Assembly (NCBI GenBank): GCA_048128005.1
Contig: JBEUKZ010000014.1
Location: 1 to 64,000, forward strand
Source: Veleropilina oligotropha
Taxonomy: Eukaryota
Direction: 5' to 3'
DNA: 64,000 bases
Shown: positions 39,148 through 49,112 of the stretch, one piece after another
How the letters are laid out: each line of letters starts with the position of its first letter
Position numbering within the stretch: position 1 is the first letter of the stretch
The notes under the pieces: model-generated
Told to the model about the DNA's origin: nothing
Databases searched by the model: none
The model's input: the letters and a program-made list of their open reading frames with translations, nothing else
Position numbers and translations under genes: made by a program

Positions 39148-39576
39148 ATGGCCTCCATAGCGATGCTGGTTGGGGGCGCTCTCGTTAACGCCCTCGCCTT
39201 CAGCGGGTCGAACTTCCTGTTCTCGAAGCTACGCAGCTCCGGTGTTGATGAGGAGCGTAAACGTCACGACAAAGCCGTAGAGCAGCTTCAGGCCGCTCAG
39301 ACAAAATGGTCCCAAAAGAGGGCAGAGCGTCTCGATTGGCTTAACGTTGAACTTCGCCGCCAGGGTCACGCTGTTGGCACATTCCGGGATGTTGACGCCG
39401 CGATCCGTGAATATGCCTTGATCACCGGCAAGAACCTTGACCCCGGCCTGGGGGGTGGCCCTGAGCCCCAGCTGTCTGAATACTACACGCCTAGTGATGG
39501 CCAGAAGGGACGTGAGATCACCTTCATCATTCTTGGGATGGCAGCTACCGGGTTGGTAGCCTACAAGCTCGCCTAA
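39148..39576 (+). CDS. Element protein, 142 aa, hydrophobic at both termini
   Basis: ACAATG start; MASIAMLVGGALVNALAFSGSNFLF, a charged helix, and C-terminal ITFIILGMAATGLVAY. Confidence 0.75.
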   Translation: MASIAMLVGGALVNALAFSGSNFLFSKLRSSGVDEERKRHDKAVEQLQAAQTKWSQKRAERLDWLNVELRRQGHAVGTFRDVDAAIREYALITGKNLDPGLGGGPEPQLSEYYTPSDGQKGREITFIILGMAATGLVAYKLA

Positions 39577-39617
39577 TTATTTCCAGTGGACATTTTTTTC
39601 GTGGGCCAGGTATAATA

Positions 39618-39908
39618 ATGGGGCTCCCAGAAGAGCTGTACTGCGCCATGCTTGCGGTGGGCTATGCCTTCGAGCGGCACAAAATCCCTGGCCCACCCCT
39701 TGGTACTACGTCACTCGACTACTGGCGGCGCAACGAAAAGACTATGGTGCGGTTCGCGGTCCTGGTGCTCTCGGGCCCGACCAACCTACGGGCGACGACT
39801 GGGCAGCTTCCGGAGCCGGTCGCTGAAGCCTGTTGGAGACTGATCAGTTTACTGGAATACATTGCTGGTCTCGATGTCGTCGAAGAGACAGAAGCCCCTG
39901 ACGGCTAA
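39618..39908 (+). CDS. Hypothetical element protein, 96 aa
   Basis: ATAATG start after a TATAATA; fills the gap before the integrase and overlaps its start. Confidence 0.5.
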   Translation: MGLPEELYCAMLAVGYAFERHKIPGPPLGTTSLDYWRRNEKTMVRFAVLVLSGPTNLRATTGQLPEPVAEACWRLISLLEYIAGLDVVEETEAPDG

Positions 39909-40929
39909 AGAACTCGACCGGAAGCTTGCGAATAGCTACTATAGCCCCCGAGGCTACTGGAAAGGGATCGCCGCGATAAAACATCTCTCGGCCGCAGTAG
40001 ATGTCTCTGAAGACGTGGCCCGGGATTGGCTGAAGAAGCAGGCCATCTGGCAAATCTATTTACCTGCGCCACAGCGGATTCCAAGACCAAAATTCGACGT
40101 CGTAACGCCGAATGAGGTTCACCAGGCCGACCTCCTGTTTCTGCCCCATGACACAGTGGGCTTGGCACGAAAGCAACGGAGCTACAAGTATGCGCTGACG
40201 GTTGTTGACGTGGCCTCACGCTACAAAGAGGCTGAGCCTCTGGCCACAAAAGAGGCCAAAGGGGTTGCTGAAGCTCTGTCTCGAATCTACAGGCGGAGTC
40301 CTCTTAGCTGGCCGAAACTGCTTCAAGTCGACCCAGGGAGGGAGTTTATGGGCGCGGTGTCCCAGCTGCTGGCGACAAATAACGTCGAGGTTAGGCGTGG
40401 CCGTGTGGATATCCATCGCGACCAAGGGATCGTGGAGCGCTTCAACCGGACGCTCGCTGAGCGGCTCTTCGGGCACCAGTATGCAAAAGAGATGCGTTTC
40501 TCAGGGACTGCAAAAGAGGGTCAAAGGTCGACTGAGTGGGTGGCCAGGCTGCCCGCCGTTGTTGCGGCCTTGAATGGGGAAGTGACCCGCCTCACCGGTA
40601 AAAAGCCCAAGGACGCCATCAAGGCGCCTCGCGTTGTACAAAATCCTTCTTCCACTGTTCCAGGCCGACAGGGGAAGGAACAGAAACTCCCCTCAGGCGT
40701 TGGTGTTCGTTACCTTTACTACGATGGTGAGCTGGAGGGGGGTAGTCGCCGTGCCACTGACCCGGTGTGGTCTCTAAAAGTTCACAGGCTTGGACGCTCT
40801 GTCACTAAACCTGACGAGCCTGTGCTCTACTACTTGCTCGATGGACCACCGCGTGGGTTTGTTCGTGAGGAACTTCTCGTGGTGCCTCGTGACACCCAGC
40901 TGCCGCCGGTTGGAGTTCTCAAACGTTGA
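39874..40929 (+). CDS. Retroviral-like (rve) DDE integrase, Polinton c-integrase type
   Basis: HQADL (D), LQVDPGREF (D), GIVERFNRTL (E), YALTVVDVASRY and C-terminal YYLLD..RGFVREEL; first ATG at 39874. Confidence 0.93.
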   Translation: MSSKRQKPLTAKELDRKLANSYYSPRGYWKGIAAIKHLSAAVDVSEDVARDWLKKQAIWQIYLPAPQRIPRPKFDVVTPNEVHQADLLFLPHDTVGLARKQRSYKYALTVVDVASRYKEAEPLATKEAKGVAEALSRIYRRSPLSWPKLLQVDPGREFMGAVSQLLATNNVEVRRGRVDIHRDQGIVERFNRTLAERLFGHQYAKEMRFSGTAKEGQRSTEWVARLPAVVAALNGEVTRLTGKKPKDAIKAPRVVQNPSSTVPGRQGKEQKLPSGVGVRYLYYDGELEGGSRRATDPVWSLKVHRLGRSVTKPDEPVLYYLLDGPPRGFVREELLVVPRDTQLPPVGVLKR

Positions 40930-43900
40930 CAGCAGCAGCCCCTCTTGTTCGGTTACATTCGAGGCAGGTTAAGCGCACGTTGTCGCGGATGTGGCCCATG
41001 CTGTTGTCCACACGGTCAACACTGAACTGCTGTGTGTCCTTCGGGGCATATGCCCAGAGCAGCTCTATGTCGCATGCTGCGCATCGGTTGTTTTGGGCTT
41101 CTTTGAGCTGCAGGATGTCCTCGACCTTGAGGTTAAATCCCTGGAGTCCCTTGGCCTGGTCCTGGCGTTTGTATGCCACGAGCTTCCTCTGGATGGTTTT
41201 TCGGAGCTGCTGCTTGCTCTGCTGCGCTTGCGCATCGGGGGGCCTGTCCTCAGAACCCTCATCTGGAGGACAGGTTACCCGTTCGAGCTGATGCAAATAC
41301 TCCACCCGGGACACGGCTAGGTAGGCGAGATTACTCCACTGAAGGTAGTCGTCGATGATCCAGACTTTCTGTGGGTCGTGAATCGTAAGACCCTGGCTCG
41401 AATGGATGGTGAGAGCATAGCCCAGGCGCCAATCCGGGGTCTGAATAGCCCTCTCAGCGGCGTCAATGGTGACCTCTACGATGTCGTTGAGAACTAGCTC
41501 CTCTCTTTCGTCGGTGCCCGGAATCGTTACCATGATGTTTTGCTTACGGGTGTCCCTGGGGTGGTACAGGATAGGTACCAGGGAGTCTGGGAAGTGCTCC
41601 TTGTGCCTCTGGAGCAACAGCTCTTGAGCCCGTTCGCGGACCTTCTGACGGCTTGTGAGGATTAGGTCGCCTGGCCTCCAGGTGTTGACGAACCGATCCC
41701 ATCCAAGGCAGCTGGGGAGAGTCTTACGCATTTCCCCGCACTGGATTTTGTCGGGCTGGAGACGTATACGTCTTTTCAGGGCTTGGAGGGCAGGGTCGTC
41801 TTTCGCCCTGTAGTCTACTTCGATCTCTTCATAGTAGTCCGCGGTCTGTCGCAGCCAATCGTGCGGCATCTCGCCCGTAATCGGTGGTGGCTGGCCTTGA
41901 TCGCCACAGCAGATAACCTGAACTTCGTGCTGGCCCAGCCAGTCCAAGAACATCTCGAGGATATGCCGGGGAACTGTGCAGACCTCGTCCCAGATAATGA
42001 CGCGGGGGATGAACTTCTGACCCATGCGATCAGGTGTCCAGTCGTTCTGGCCACTCCATCGGAAGAAACTGTGGTAGGTCTGGGCTTTGACACCTCTTTT
42101 TCGCATCTCCTTAGCGAGGCGGTGGGTTGGCGTGAACACCGTGGGATTTCTCGCCCGAAAGAGCTCTATAGCTCTCGTAGTCTTGCCACAGCCCCCTCCA
42201 CCGTTGAGGTAACTCAGGCGATGGTGGGTCAGCGTGTCATTGTAGCATGGTGCGGTGCTTGGCGGGAGGTCCTTCTCGGACTGCGTGTACTCCGGCTTGG
42301 GCATATATGCGGCATGTTCCTGTGGCATATACAGCTGTTCGCCCTTGTCACGCCACTGGGCTGGTGCTACTGGCAGAAGGTACGGCTCCGCGATCAGACA
42401 TGAGATGCAAGATTGGCTGCGACAGTCGCAGAGCTTGGGGGCAACGTACACCGTGACATCGTCGAGCTTCTCCAACGAGGCCTTCTTGAGGTAGATGCTG
42501 TCAGTGGCTACCCGGACGGCTTCTGCTGCACTGAAACGCTGGAGCATGCTCAAGAGGTTTATGTGGGCGTAGGCCAACATAGATGCCCTCAGGTGGGCAT
42601 ACTGAGGCTGGGAGCCATCATAGTACGTGAGGATGTGACCGAGGGGGCACCTTTGCGGAGCGCCAACCAGAGTGCCGCTTTGGCGGGTGTCTCTTACGAG
42701 GAAGTCGAGCTCGCCCTGGTCGGTCACCAGTCTACGAGTCAATCTTTTGCCATCAGCCTTGGCGCCTTGGGTGAATTTGCCGATAAGGCTGCAGCCCTGG
42801 TCACGATTCTCCGGAAGCCAGACATCGAGTTGCTTTTTGAAAGCAATGATGGCCTCTCGGATCTTGAGGCTTTTTAGCAGTCCAGATTCTACGAGGTAGG
42901 TGAGCAGCAGGGTGGGTGCCCATCCATTCTCTGCAAAGTGCTTTCCAAACCAGGCGGCAATGACGGGGTGGATTTCTCGTGCGAACTCCCATTCCACGAC
43001 CTCAGCAAACCCGGTGCCGATATCTTCGGGAAGAGGACCGTTAATTGCGACCCGGGTCATGCTGTGGAGTGGGTGTCCGAATCTTTCGAAATAGGGCTTA
43101 GCCTCGCCCTTCCCCAGAAAGCTTGCAGGGTAGCAGGCTTTCATGTCGATGCAGCAGATGTCGCCCGTATCATAGCCCATGGAATTCCAAAGGCCACCAT
43201 GGCCATGCTCTACACAAGCCTTCTGGATGTCATCGAGCAGGCTCGCTGGGGTGGGTTTCCAGCCGTTGTTCTCTTTGGCTATAATGCTAGCTGCATGGTT
43301 CACGCCAAAGGCTCGATCGGCTAGGGACTCGTTTCCCAGCGCTGTACAGGCTTCTTGGAGTCTCTCGTGATCATCTTTCGTCCTGTACGTGCGGCCGTCC
43401 TGAAGCACGAACTGGTTCACGTTGAGCTGTCGGTCTGTACCGCCAAGGAGCCAGACAGCTAATGGCTCATTCTGTGTGGCTTGTCGGATAGCTTCCCAGA
43501 CATCGCCCTCATACAGGTGGACCTCGCGAGACTGCGGAAAGTGTAGGTCTTTGGACCAGGCGTGGCCGTTGTGGCATATGAGTTCTATGGACTTCCACAT
43601 ACTGGCCTGGTATTTTCCACTGTTGAAGACGTCCTCGCCGGCAATATCTCTCAAGACGATCGCCCGTTTGAGGATCCTCTCGAGGATGGATATATCATCC
43701 ACAGTGGCGCCTGTTACATGAACTCGCTCTTCCCACTCCAGTATTTTCTGCCGTCTTGTCGGGGTGAGTCCGTGTCCTCTAAGGGCACCTTCGAAGTGCT
43801 CAACCACTCGTTGGGCAATGCAGTTGAGGTCGCCGTTCTTCATCGGAACCAGATTGGCGGGGTTTGGTTCTCTGAGAGGATAGACGCCGTAGACGACTGC

Positions 43901-44773
43901 AGTGACCGGGTAGGCGTTCTCGTAATATACTTTGTCGACCCCAGTGATAGCACCCGGCTTAGTGTCATGGGATATCTCAAAGACACCCTGGCCCTTCTTC
44001 CTCGCAGCTTTCACCGGGTCAAACTTGTCTTCGACCACCCAGTCGCCCTCACTCCACTCACGCAAGAACTTTATTCTAAGGACATACTCGCCCTTTGGAA
44101 GGGCTGTGAGGAGCTGTGCCGCCCTTGCATCTGTCATACGGGCATCCAGGGCCGGTGCGATCTTAATGTCCACTTCTACCCTCCATGTGGAGAAAGCCGC
44201 CGCGGCGCCATCGACCTCAAACTCGTCTTTGGCGTCGCTCAAGAGTTCCACCCATGGCTCTTTTGCTGGGAGCCTTACTGGGGGAGGGACCTGGTCATCC
44301 AGGTCGATGAATCGTTGTCCCTCGGGTGTGGTAAATTGCCCTAGAAGATCCTTCTGATAGTCCTGGGCTGTCCGGGGCGTTTTGGAGATGAGAAGATCGG
44401 GCCCCTTCCGAGCAATAGCATGGGCAAGGGTCTCTTTCCGAGACCGCTTGACGATTCGATCCGTGATGGCGCGAAGTGGCTTCAGTCGAATCCCGGGCGT
44501 TTTCTCAGCCTGGGATTCGTATTTACGAGCCTGCAGGGCGGCGTCGACCTCGTCCTTAATCTGCCGCAACTCGCGAGCACGTCGGCCTCTTTTGTGGGGG
44601 TTCTCCACATCTCCACGTATGGACGGGAACCTTCCAGTCTTCATCGCCCGCTCGAGTCTCCTCCGAAACTCCGCAGCACGGACCCCGGCGATTGCCCTGA
44701 TGAGGTGGTGCTTCTTGAGCTTCGACCGAGCGGGAATCCCATAATCTTTCGCTAGATTGCGCAGGTCATCCAT
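40919..44773 (-). CDS. Multidomain replicase: HeH-like N-terminus, OTU-like protease, divergent family-B DNA polymerase, SF1 helicase, HNH nuclease (1284 aa)
   Basis: PolB-like DMKACYP (D543), CSLIGKF and VATDSIY (D758). Helicase GGGGCGKT (K864), IIWDE, GDQGQ, YALTIHSSQGLT and YLAVSR. C-terminal CAAC..SVDRVDNSMGH..NV..CLECN. Upstream LNC318..NGH404. Confidence 0.85.
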   Translation of the reverse strand: MDDLRNLAKDYGIPARSKLKKHHLIRAIAGVRAAEFRRRLERAMKTGRFPSIRGDVENPHKRGRRARELRQIKDEVDAALQARKYESQAEKTPGIRLKPLRAITDRIVKRSRKETLAHAIARKGPDLLISKTPRTAQDYQKDLLGQFTTPEGQRFIDLDDQVPPPVRLPAKEPWVELLSDAKDEFEVDGAAAAFSTWRVEVDIKIAPALDARMTDARAAQLLTALPKGEYVLRIKFLREWSEGDWVVEDKFDPVKAARKKGQGVFEISHDTKPGAITGVDKVYYENAYPVTAVVYGVYPLREPNPANLVPMKNGDLNCIAQRVVEHFEGALRGHGLTPTRRQKILEWEERVHVTGATVDDISILERILKRAIVLRDIAGEDVFNSGKYQASMWKSIELICHNGHAWSKDLHFPQSREVHLYEGDVWEAIRQATQNEPLAVWLLGGTDRQLNVNQFVLQDGRTYRTKDDHERLQEACTALGNESLADRAFGVNHAASIIAKENNGWKPTPASLLDDIQKACVEHGHGGLWNSMGYDTGDICCIDMKACYPASFLGKGEAKPYFERFGHPLHSMTRVAINGPLPEDIGTGFAEVVEWEFAREIHPVIAAWFGKHFAENGWAPTLLLTYLVESGLLKSLKIREAIIAFKKQLDVWLPENRDQGCSLIGKFTQGAKADGKRLTRRLVTDQGELDFLVRDTRQSGTLVGAPQRCPLGHILTYYDGSQPQYAHLRASMLAYAHINLLSMLQRFSAAEAVRVATDSIYLKKASLEKLDDVTVYVAPKLCDCRSQSCISCLIAEPYLLPVAPAQWRDKGEQLYMPQEHAAYMPKPEYTQSEKDLPPSTAPCYNDTLTHHRLSYLNGGGGCGKTTRAIELFRARNPTVFTPTHRLAKEMRKRGVKAQTYHSFFRWSGQNDWTPDRMGQKFIPRVIIWDEVCTVPRHILEMFLDWLGQHEVQVICCGDQGQPPPITGEMPHDWLRQTADYYEEIEVDYRAKDDPALQALKRRIRLQPDKIQCGEMRKTLPSCLGWDRFVNTWRPGDLILTSRQKVRERAQELLLQRHKEHFPDSLVPILYHPRDTRKQNIMVTIPGTDEREELVLNDIVEVTIDAAERAIQTPDWRLGYALTIHSSQGLTIHDPQKVWIIDDYLQWSNLAYLAVSRVEYLHQLERVTCPPDEGSEDRPPDAQAQQSKQQLRKTIQRKLVAYKRQDQAKGLQGFNLKVEDILQLKEAQNNRCAACDIELLWAYAPKDTQQFSVDRVDNSMGHIRDNVRLTCLECNRTRGAAAVNV

Positions 44774-44820
44774 GTTGCTGGGTGGGTATACACTAGGATT
44801 TCAGTTCTCTAATATGAAAT

Positions 44821-45114
44821 TTACGCGTGGTAAATTGCAGCCATACGGAGAAACTCTCTCTCGAAGGCTCGATTCTTTCGTCGCCAATCCCTAACGTTCG
44901 CAGTCAGATACCCACAGCCCTTACACAGCGTAAACCGGTTAAAGACGCCCTTCCCGCATTTGATGCAGGGCTTTGTGCCCCGGCCATTTCGCCGTTGCCG
45001 AGCCAGGTGGACTTTGCAAAACTCTCTCAGACATCTCTTACCACATAGCTCCGTGGAGCTGATGGTGAGCCATTGACAGGTGTCCGTGCCCCACATATTG
45101 ATAGCGGATATCAT
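44821..45114 (-). CDS. Small Cys/His-rich (zinc-finger-like) protein
   Basis: CQW..CGKRC..FCKVH..CIKCG..CKGCG pattern. Confidence 0.65.
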   Translation of the reverse strand: MISAINMWGTDTCQWLTISSTELCGKRCLREFCKVHLARQRRNGRGTKPCIKCGKGVFNRFTLCKGCGYLTANVRDWRRKNRAFEREFLRMAAIYHA

Positions 45115-45141
45115 CGCATATACCAGTCTCTAATAGAGATT

Positions 45142-45423
45142 ATGACACTAAGATATCGAGCCCGGTGCACGGCGAGAAATAACCGGCATGTTAGACGTTG
45201 TGTAGTTATTCTTGAAAGCAACATGCCACAGGAAGACATTCCTACGCTGTACAGCGAACGGAGCTTCAGGCGCGTTAAAAACCTCTTAAACCGGGGCTAT
45301 AACGTTTTGATCGTTGTACTCGACAATGGTGAACAAGCGATATATAAGAAGAAGACCAAAGACGGTAGAAAGGGCGTTGTACGAAATCAAACCCACCCCC
45401 CCTGCTACTGCTCGCATAACTGA
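45142..45423 (+). CDS. Hypothetical basic protein (~93 aa)
   Basis: ATG at 45142, divergent from the zinc-finger gene; no recognisable domain. Confidence 0.4.
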   Translation: MTLRYRARCTARNNRHVRRCVVILESNMPQEDIPTLYSERSFRRVKNLLNRGYNVLIVVLDNGEQAIYKKKTKDGRKGVVRNQTHPPCYCSHN

Positions 45424-45603
45424 GGAGCCCGGGCCGGCGAGGGTAGTGGGCCGTCCCTGGGGGCTCTATGTCGCTGTACACACGGTAACTTTTTGTAATA
45501 CACGATATACCCTGGGGTCTGAAAGGGTGCTGGGAGCCTCCACAGCAGGCCCCGGGGCCCTAGTCTAAACTCCCCTGCTGACTAGTCCGAGCTACACTGA
45601 GTT

Positions 45604-45762
45604 CTGAAATAGTGCTGGGAGCCTTATTTTCCCATTCTAAAAAGTCCAATCACCCCCCCTGCTGCTGAGTTGAGATCCATATTAATTCTGAAAAGGTGCT
45701 GGGAGCCTTAATTTCCCTCGCCGCGCCCCCACATAAAAGGTATGGTCACCCCCCCTGCTGCT
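45604..45762 (-). repeat. Right terminal inverted repeat
   Basis: Ends ...CCCCCCCTGCTGCT|TTCTT. Confidence 0.95.
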
Positions 45763-47283
45763 TTCTTTGTTATATCAGGATATCCATATTTTTGCCTGGG
45801 AAAACTGCCGGCACCGGTTAGTTATCAACGACTGCTCTAACACGTGTGGGTTTGAATCCTTGATTGGGCCCTTTGTGGTGTAACACTCGCAATTGGTCAT
45901 AATTAACTGGCTGGCTGCATCAATGCACACATATCCATTAGCTAGACTAAGTATGCATTAAGCCCAGTGTTATCTAATGGGCATACTTCACCACGTAAAA
46001 AATGTATCTGTTCTTTGTCTGAATGACAGAATCGTTGTTACAATCATACCATAAAATTCAACAAAAAATTTCAACGCCACTCGATGCCGTCAGCAAAGTC
46101 TTGCTGCTAACCAGTCACTTGAGAATGTAGTGTTATAAATGTTAGAGCTTGGTACCATTCAAATGTAGTGACACCGAGGGTTCAAGAGAGATCGAAGACA
46201 CTTTAGATCTGTCACAGCGTTATATAAATGGACAGTATGTTTGGTTTGAAAAGATGCTTAATGTACCATTTATTCACCACCCTGCAAGGGTCATACCAGG
46301 ACATGTCCATATTAGGGGGGGAGCATGGCTGAGTGGATACGGTGCTGGTCTATTAACTGATTTTTCCAATGATCTCTGCCTCCATTGCACACAGCACCAC
46401 TTCTTTTCATCATTCAAAGTTGATTGACCCGATTTATAATTGAATACTGTTGGCGTGGTCGTTAAACATCAATTCCTCATCATCATAATCACATGTCCTT
46501 ATTATCGCAAGAGGATTGCCTGGTCGCCAGGGGAAACTGACCAGTAACGGACAACTGTGACTTAATAGTGAGCAGCCGCAGATTGGAACGCACTCCTATT
46601 AATAAGATGAGTCACACCACTAGTGTGACCTAGATTTTAAGATAGATAAAATAGAATAAAATCATATCTAATAAGCTGTGCAGCATCATACTGACCCATG
46701 GGAATGGCAAACAGACAGGCCGATATCATCTTCATCCAACAACCTAATGTGACTGGAACAACAATGTGATGACCTCCCTGTCGCAGAACCATCACTCTAG
46801 CCAGCTGAGAATCCTCAGTAGATTGCAGATCACCGGTAACAGGAAGTGTGCAGATGAATAGATGGGTTTCCGATAGACGGTGAGAACCAAGAAACAGATT
46901 TTTCATCTTCTAATGGCCATATATAATTCTTAAGAGCATGATGATGCTTTATACATTGACTTCCACGTGGTGTTTGCCTGTGTCCAGCATTTTGTCCTAT
47001 CATGGAAGATGGGGGGGGGGGGGATATATCTGAAAATCATGGACACCATAGCAAATTGTGAACCATGCATTAGCAAGATGTGTGCCATCAGATTCCAATT
47101 TTTATTTCAAATTGGCATGATGTGACAAGGTGTCTTGCATGGATCTCCATGAGGGTATCCTATTTCAGATCACCAGATAACCTGGACAAGGTTTCTTGCA
47201 TGTATCTCCATGAGGTTAACCTATTTCAGATCACCAGATAACATGGATTACATGGGATGGCATGATCGTCAGCGAAAAATGCG

Positions 47284-47325
47284 TAACAACCTGCGTTTTG
47301 CAGATGACATCGTCTTGATGGATCC
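47284..47325 (+). mobile_element. Tiny LINE RT remnant (RTE-like)
   Basis: Translates as NNLRFADDIVLM. Confidence 0.45.
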
Positions 47326-48189
47326 AACAAAACTGGACTGAAGCAATTGGTTGACATAATAGTCAAGAAAACCAAGGTGTGGGTCTCCTATACCAATCTT
47401 ACATTTGTTTCAGGACAATCAATGACAAATCTTGTGTTTCAGTTTTAACTAAAATGTTATTCTTCGTACATTATTATTCAATGACATGTAAATTTTGGTG
47501 GAAGCAGGAGGAGGGCACATGTACATGCGGCACATACCCCCTCCAGTCCAAAAGGTGCGTTCGTGCCCCTATAGATCATGCCTCAAATACCTCAAAGTGT
47601 TAACATAATTAACTAAACTAGGTAAGATACAGAACATATATATTGGCTAGTATAATCAATGTGATTTTAAATAGGTACCTAAATTGCTACCGGTAATTCA
47701 TTTGAAGCATTCAAAAATACCATACAACACTGCTTCTTATCCCTCAATGATCACACCCACTGGGTCACTTACAAAGTTATTATCTCTATAAATGTAACGT
47801 TTTGCGATCCTCTGTTAGTTGGTGTTATGAATGCAAAAAGATATACGGAGCATTATTATGTCGTTGTTTCAAATCTGCCAGGCAATCCTTGTATATAGAG
47901 CTTTCATACCCAGCTGAACTGCCGTTCAGTTAACAAAAATGTATATAAAGACCAAAAGCAAATTAAATTGTTAATATTTGATATAAGGTCGTAGTTACGT
48001 CCGGGCAATATTTGGAACTCCCTCCAATATGTGACAAAATACAAAAGTTCACTCAAATATAGTGGCAACAATGATTCATAAATATTGGTAAGAAATGTCT
48101 TATTTGCACTCTCAGAATGCAGCAAAGGAGGTTTCAAATCAATAATTATTGTCAAAATTATCTTCCGCTTGCCCACCCTACTACGCTTA

Positions 48190-49004
48190 AATACGGACAA
48201 ATGCAAGGTCATGCACCTAGGCCGAAAAAAAGAAGGAGAACAATTATGTACAAACTAAAGAACACGAGACTACAGAAGGCTGACGAAGAAAAAGACACCG
48301 GGGTGATCATAGATAAGGACCTATCATTCGGCAAACACGTCAGTGAAAAAGTAAAGAAGGCCAATTCTATGTTTGCACTTCTTAGAACAACATTCCGATA
48401 TTTGGACGCATCGACCTTCGTACCTCTATACAAGACTTTAGTAAGAACACATCTAGACTTTGCCAGATCCATATGGACCTCTTGTAAACAGAAACACACA
48501 GTGCAAATAGAGTCAGTACAGCGTAGGGCAACAAAACAACTCCCAGGACTAAAGGAGCTCGCATACCCAGAACGATTAAAGAATCTGAAGCTCCCTACAC
48601 CCAGTTACAGAAGGACTCGCGGGGACATGATTGAGGTATATAAGATCATCACGTGAAAATATGATAAGGATACCAGCTGCTGTCTTAACATGAGGAAGGA
48701 TATGGCTATACGTGATAGCGATAGGGCCACATAAAGAAACTGTACCCCCAACATGACAGAACAACGATCCGAAAAAACACCTTCGCCATCAGAATAGTAC
48801 ATCTTTGGAATGGACTACCGGAAACGTGGTAGCTGCGCCAAGTCTAAATGCTTTTAAGAACAGATTAGACAAGCACTGGTTAAACCAGGCAATCGTGTAT
48901 GATGACTTCAAAGACAAGATAGAGGGTGTGTGTGACGGGGGTTGCCATACATGAGGATGACGAGTCCCGGAATAAACATGGCCTGGAAATCCACTCTAAG
49001 TAAG
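48190..49004 (+). mobile_element. Degenerate 3' end of a CR1-type LINE
   Basis: EKDTGVIID, KKAN, ESVQRRATK and RRTRGDMIEVYKI, then WNGLP and FKNRLDKHW in shifted frames. Confidence 0.85.
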
Positions 49005-49112
49005 AAATTTGGTGAAAATGGTTCATAAATGTTGACAAAATATCGAGTTCTCACTCTCAGAATGCTGGAGGTTAACACAGTTAATTATCCCCCCACGCGG
49101 ACAGATGATGTT

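Larger units (their letters stand above)
29564..45762. mobile_element. Endogenous Polinton/Maverick-like virus (16,199 bp, integrated full length)
   Basis: 159-bp TIRs with AG...CT termini and TTCTT on both flanks (29559-29563, 45763-45767). GC-rich intronless gene block with integrase, packaging ATPase, capsid-like genes and a PolB-like replicase. Confidence 0.93.

Noticed and set aside
40926..44755. Many + strand ORFs of 60-260 aa opposite the replicase, and similar shadows over other element genes
   Set aside because: Antisense shadow ORFs expected in GC-rich coding DNA; no motifs.
29564..45762. Bacterial prophage or contaminant
   Set aside because: A TSD in host-like flanks, a Polinton-type integrase and ATPase, and eukaryotic CAACATG/ACAATG start contexts favour a eukaryotic integrated element.
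47125..47247. ~61-bp tandem duplication
   Set aside because: Simple local duplication with no sign of function.
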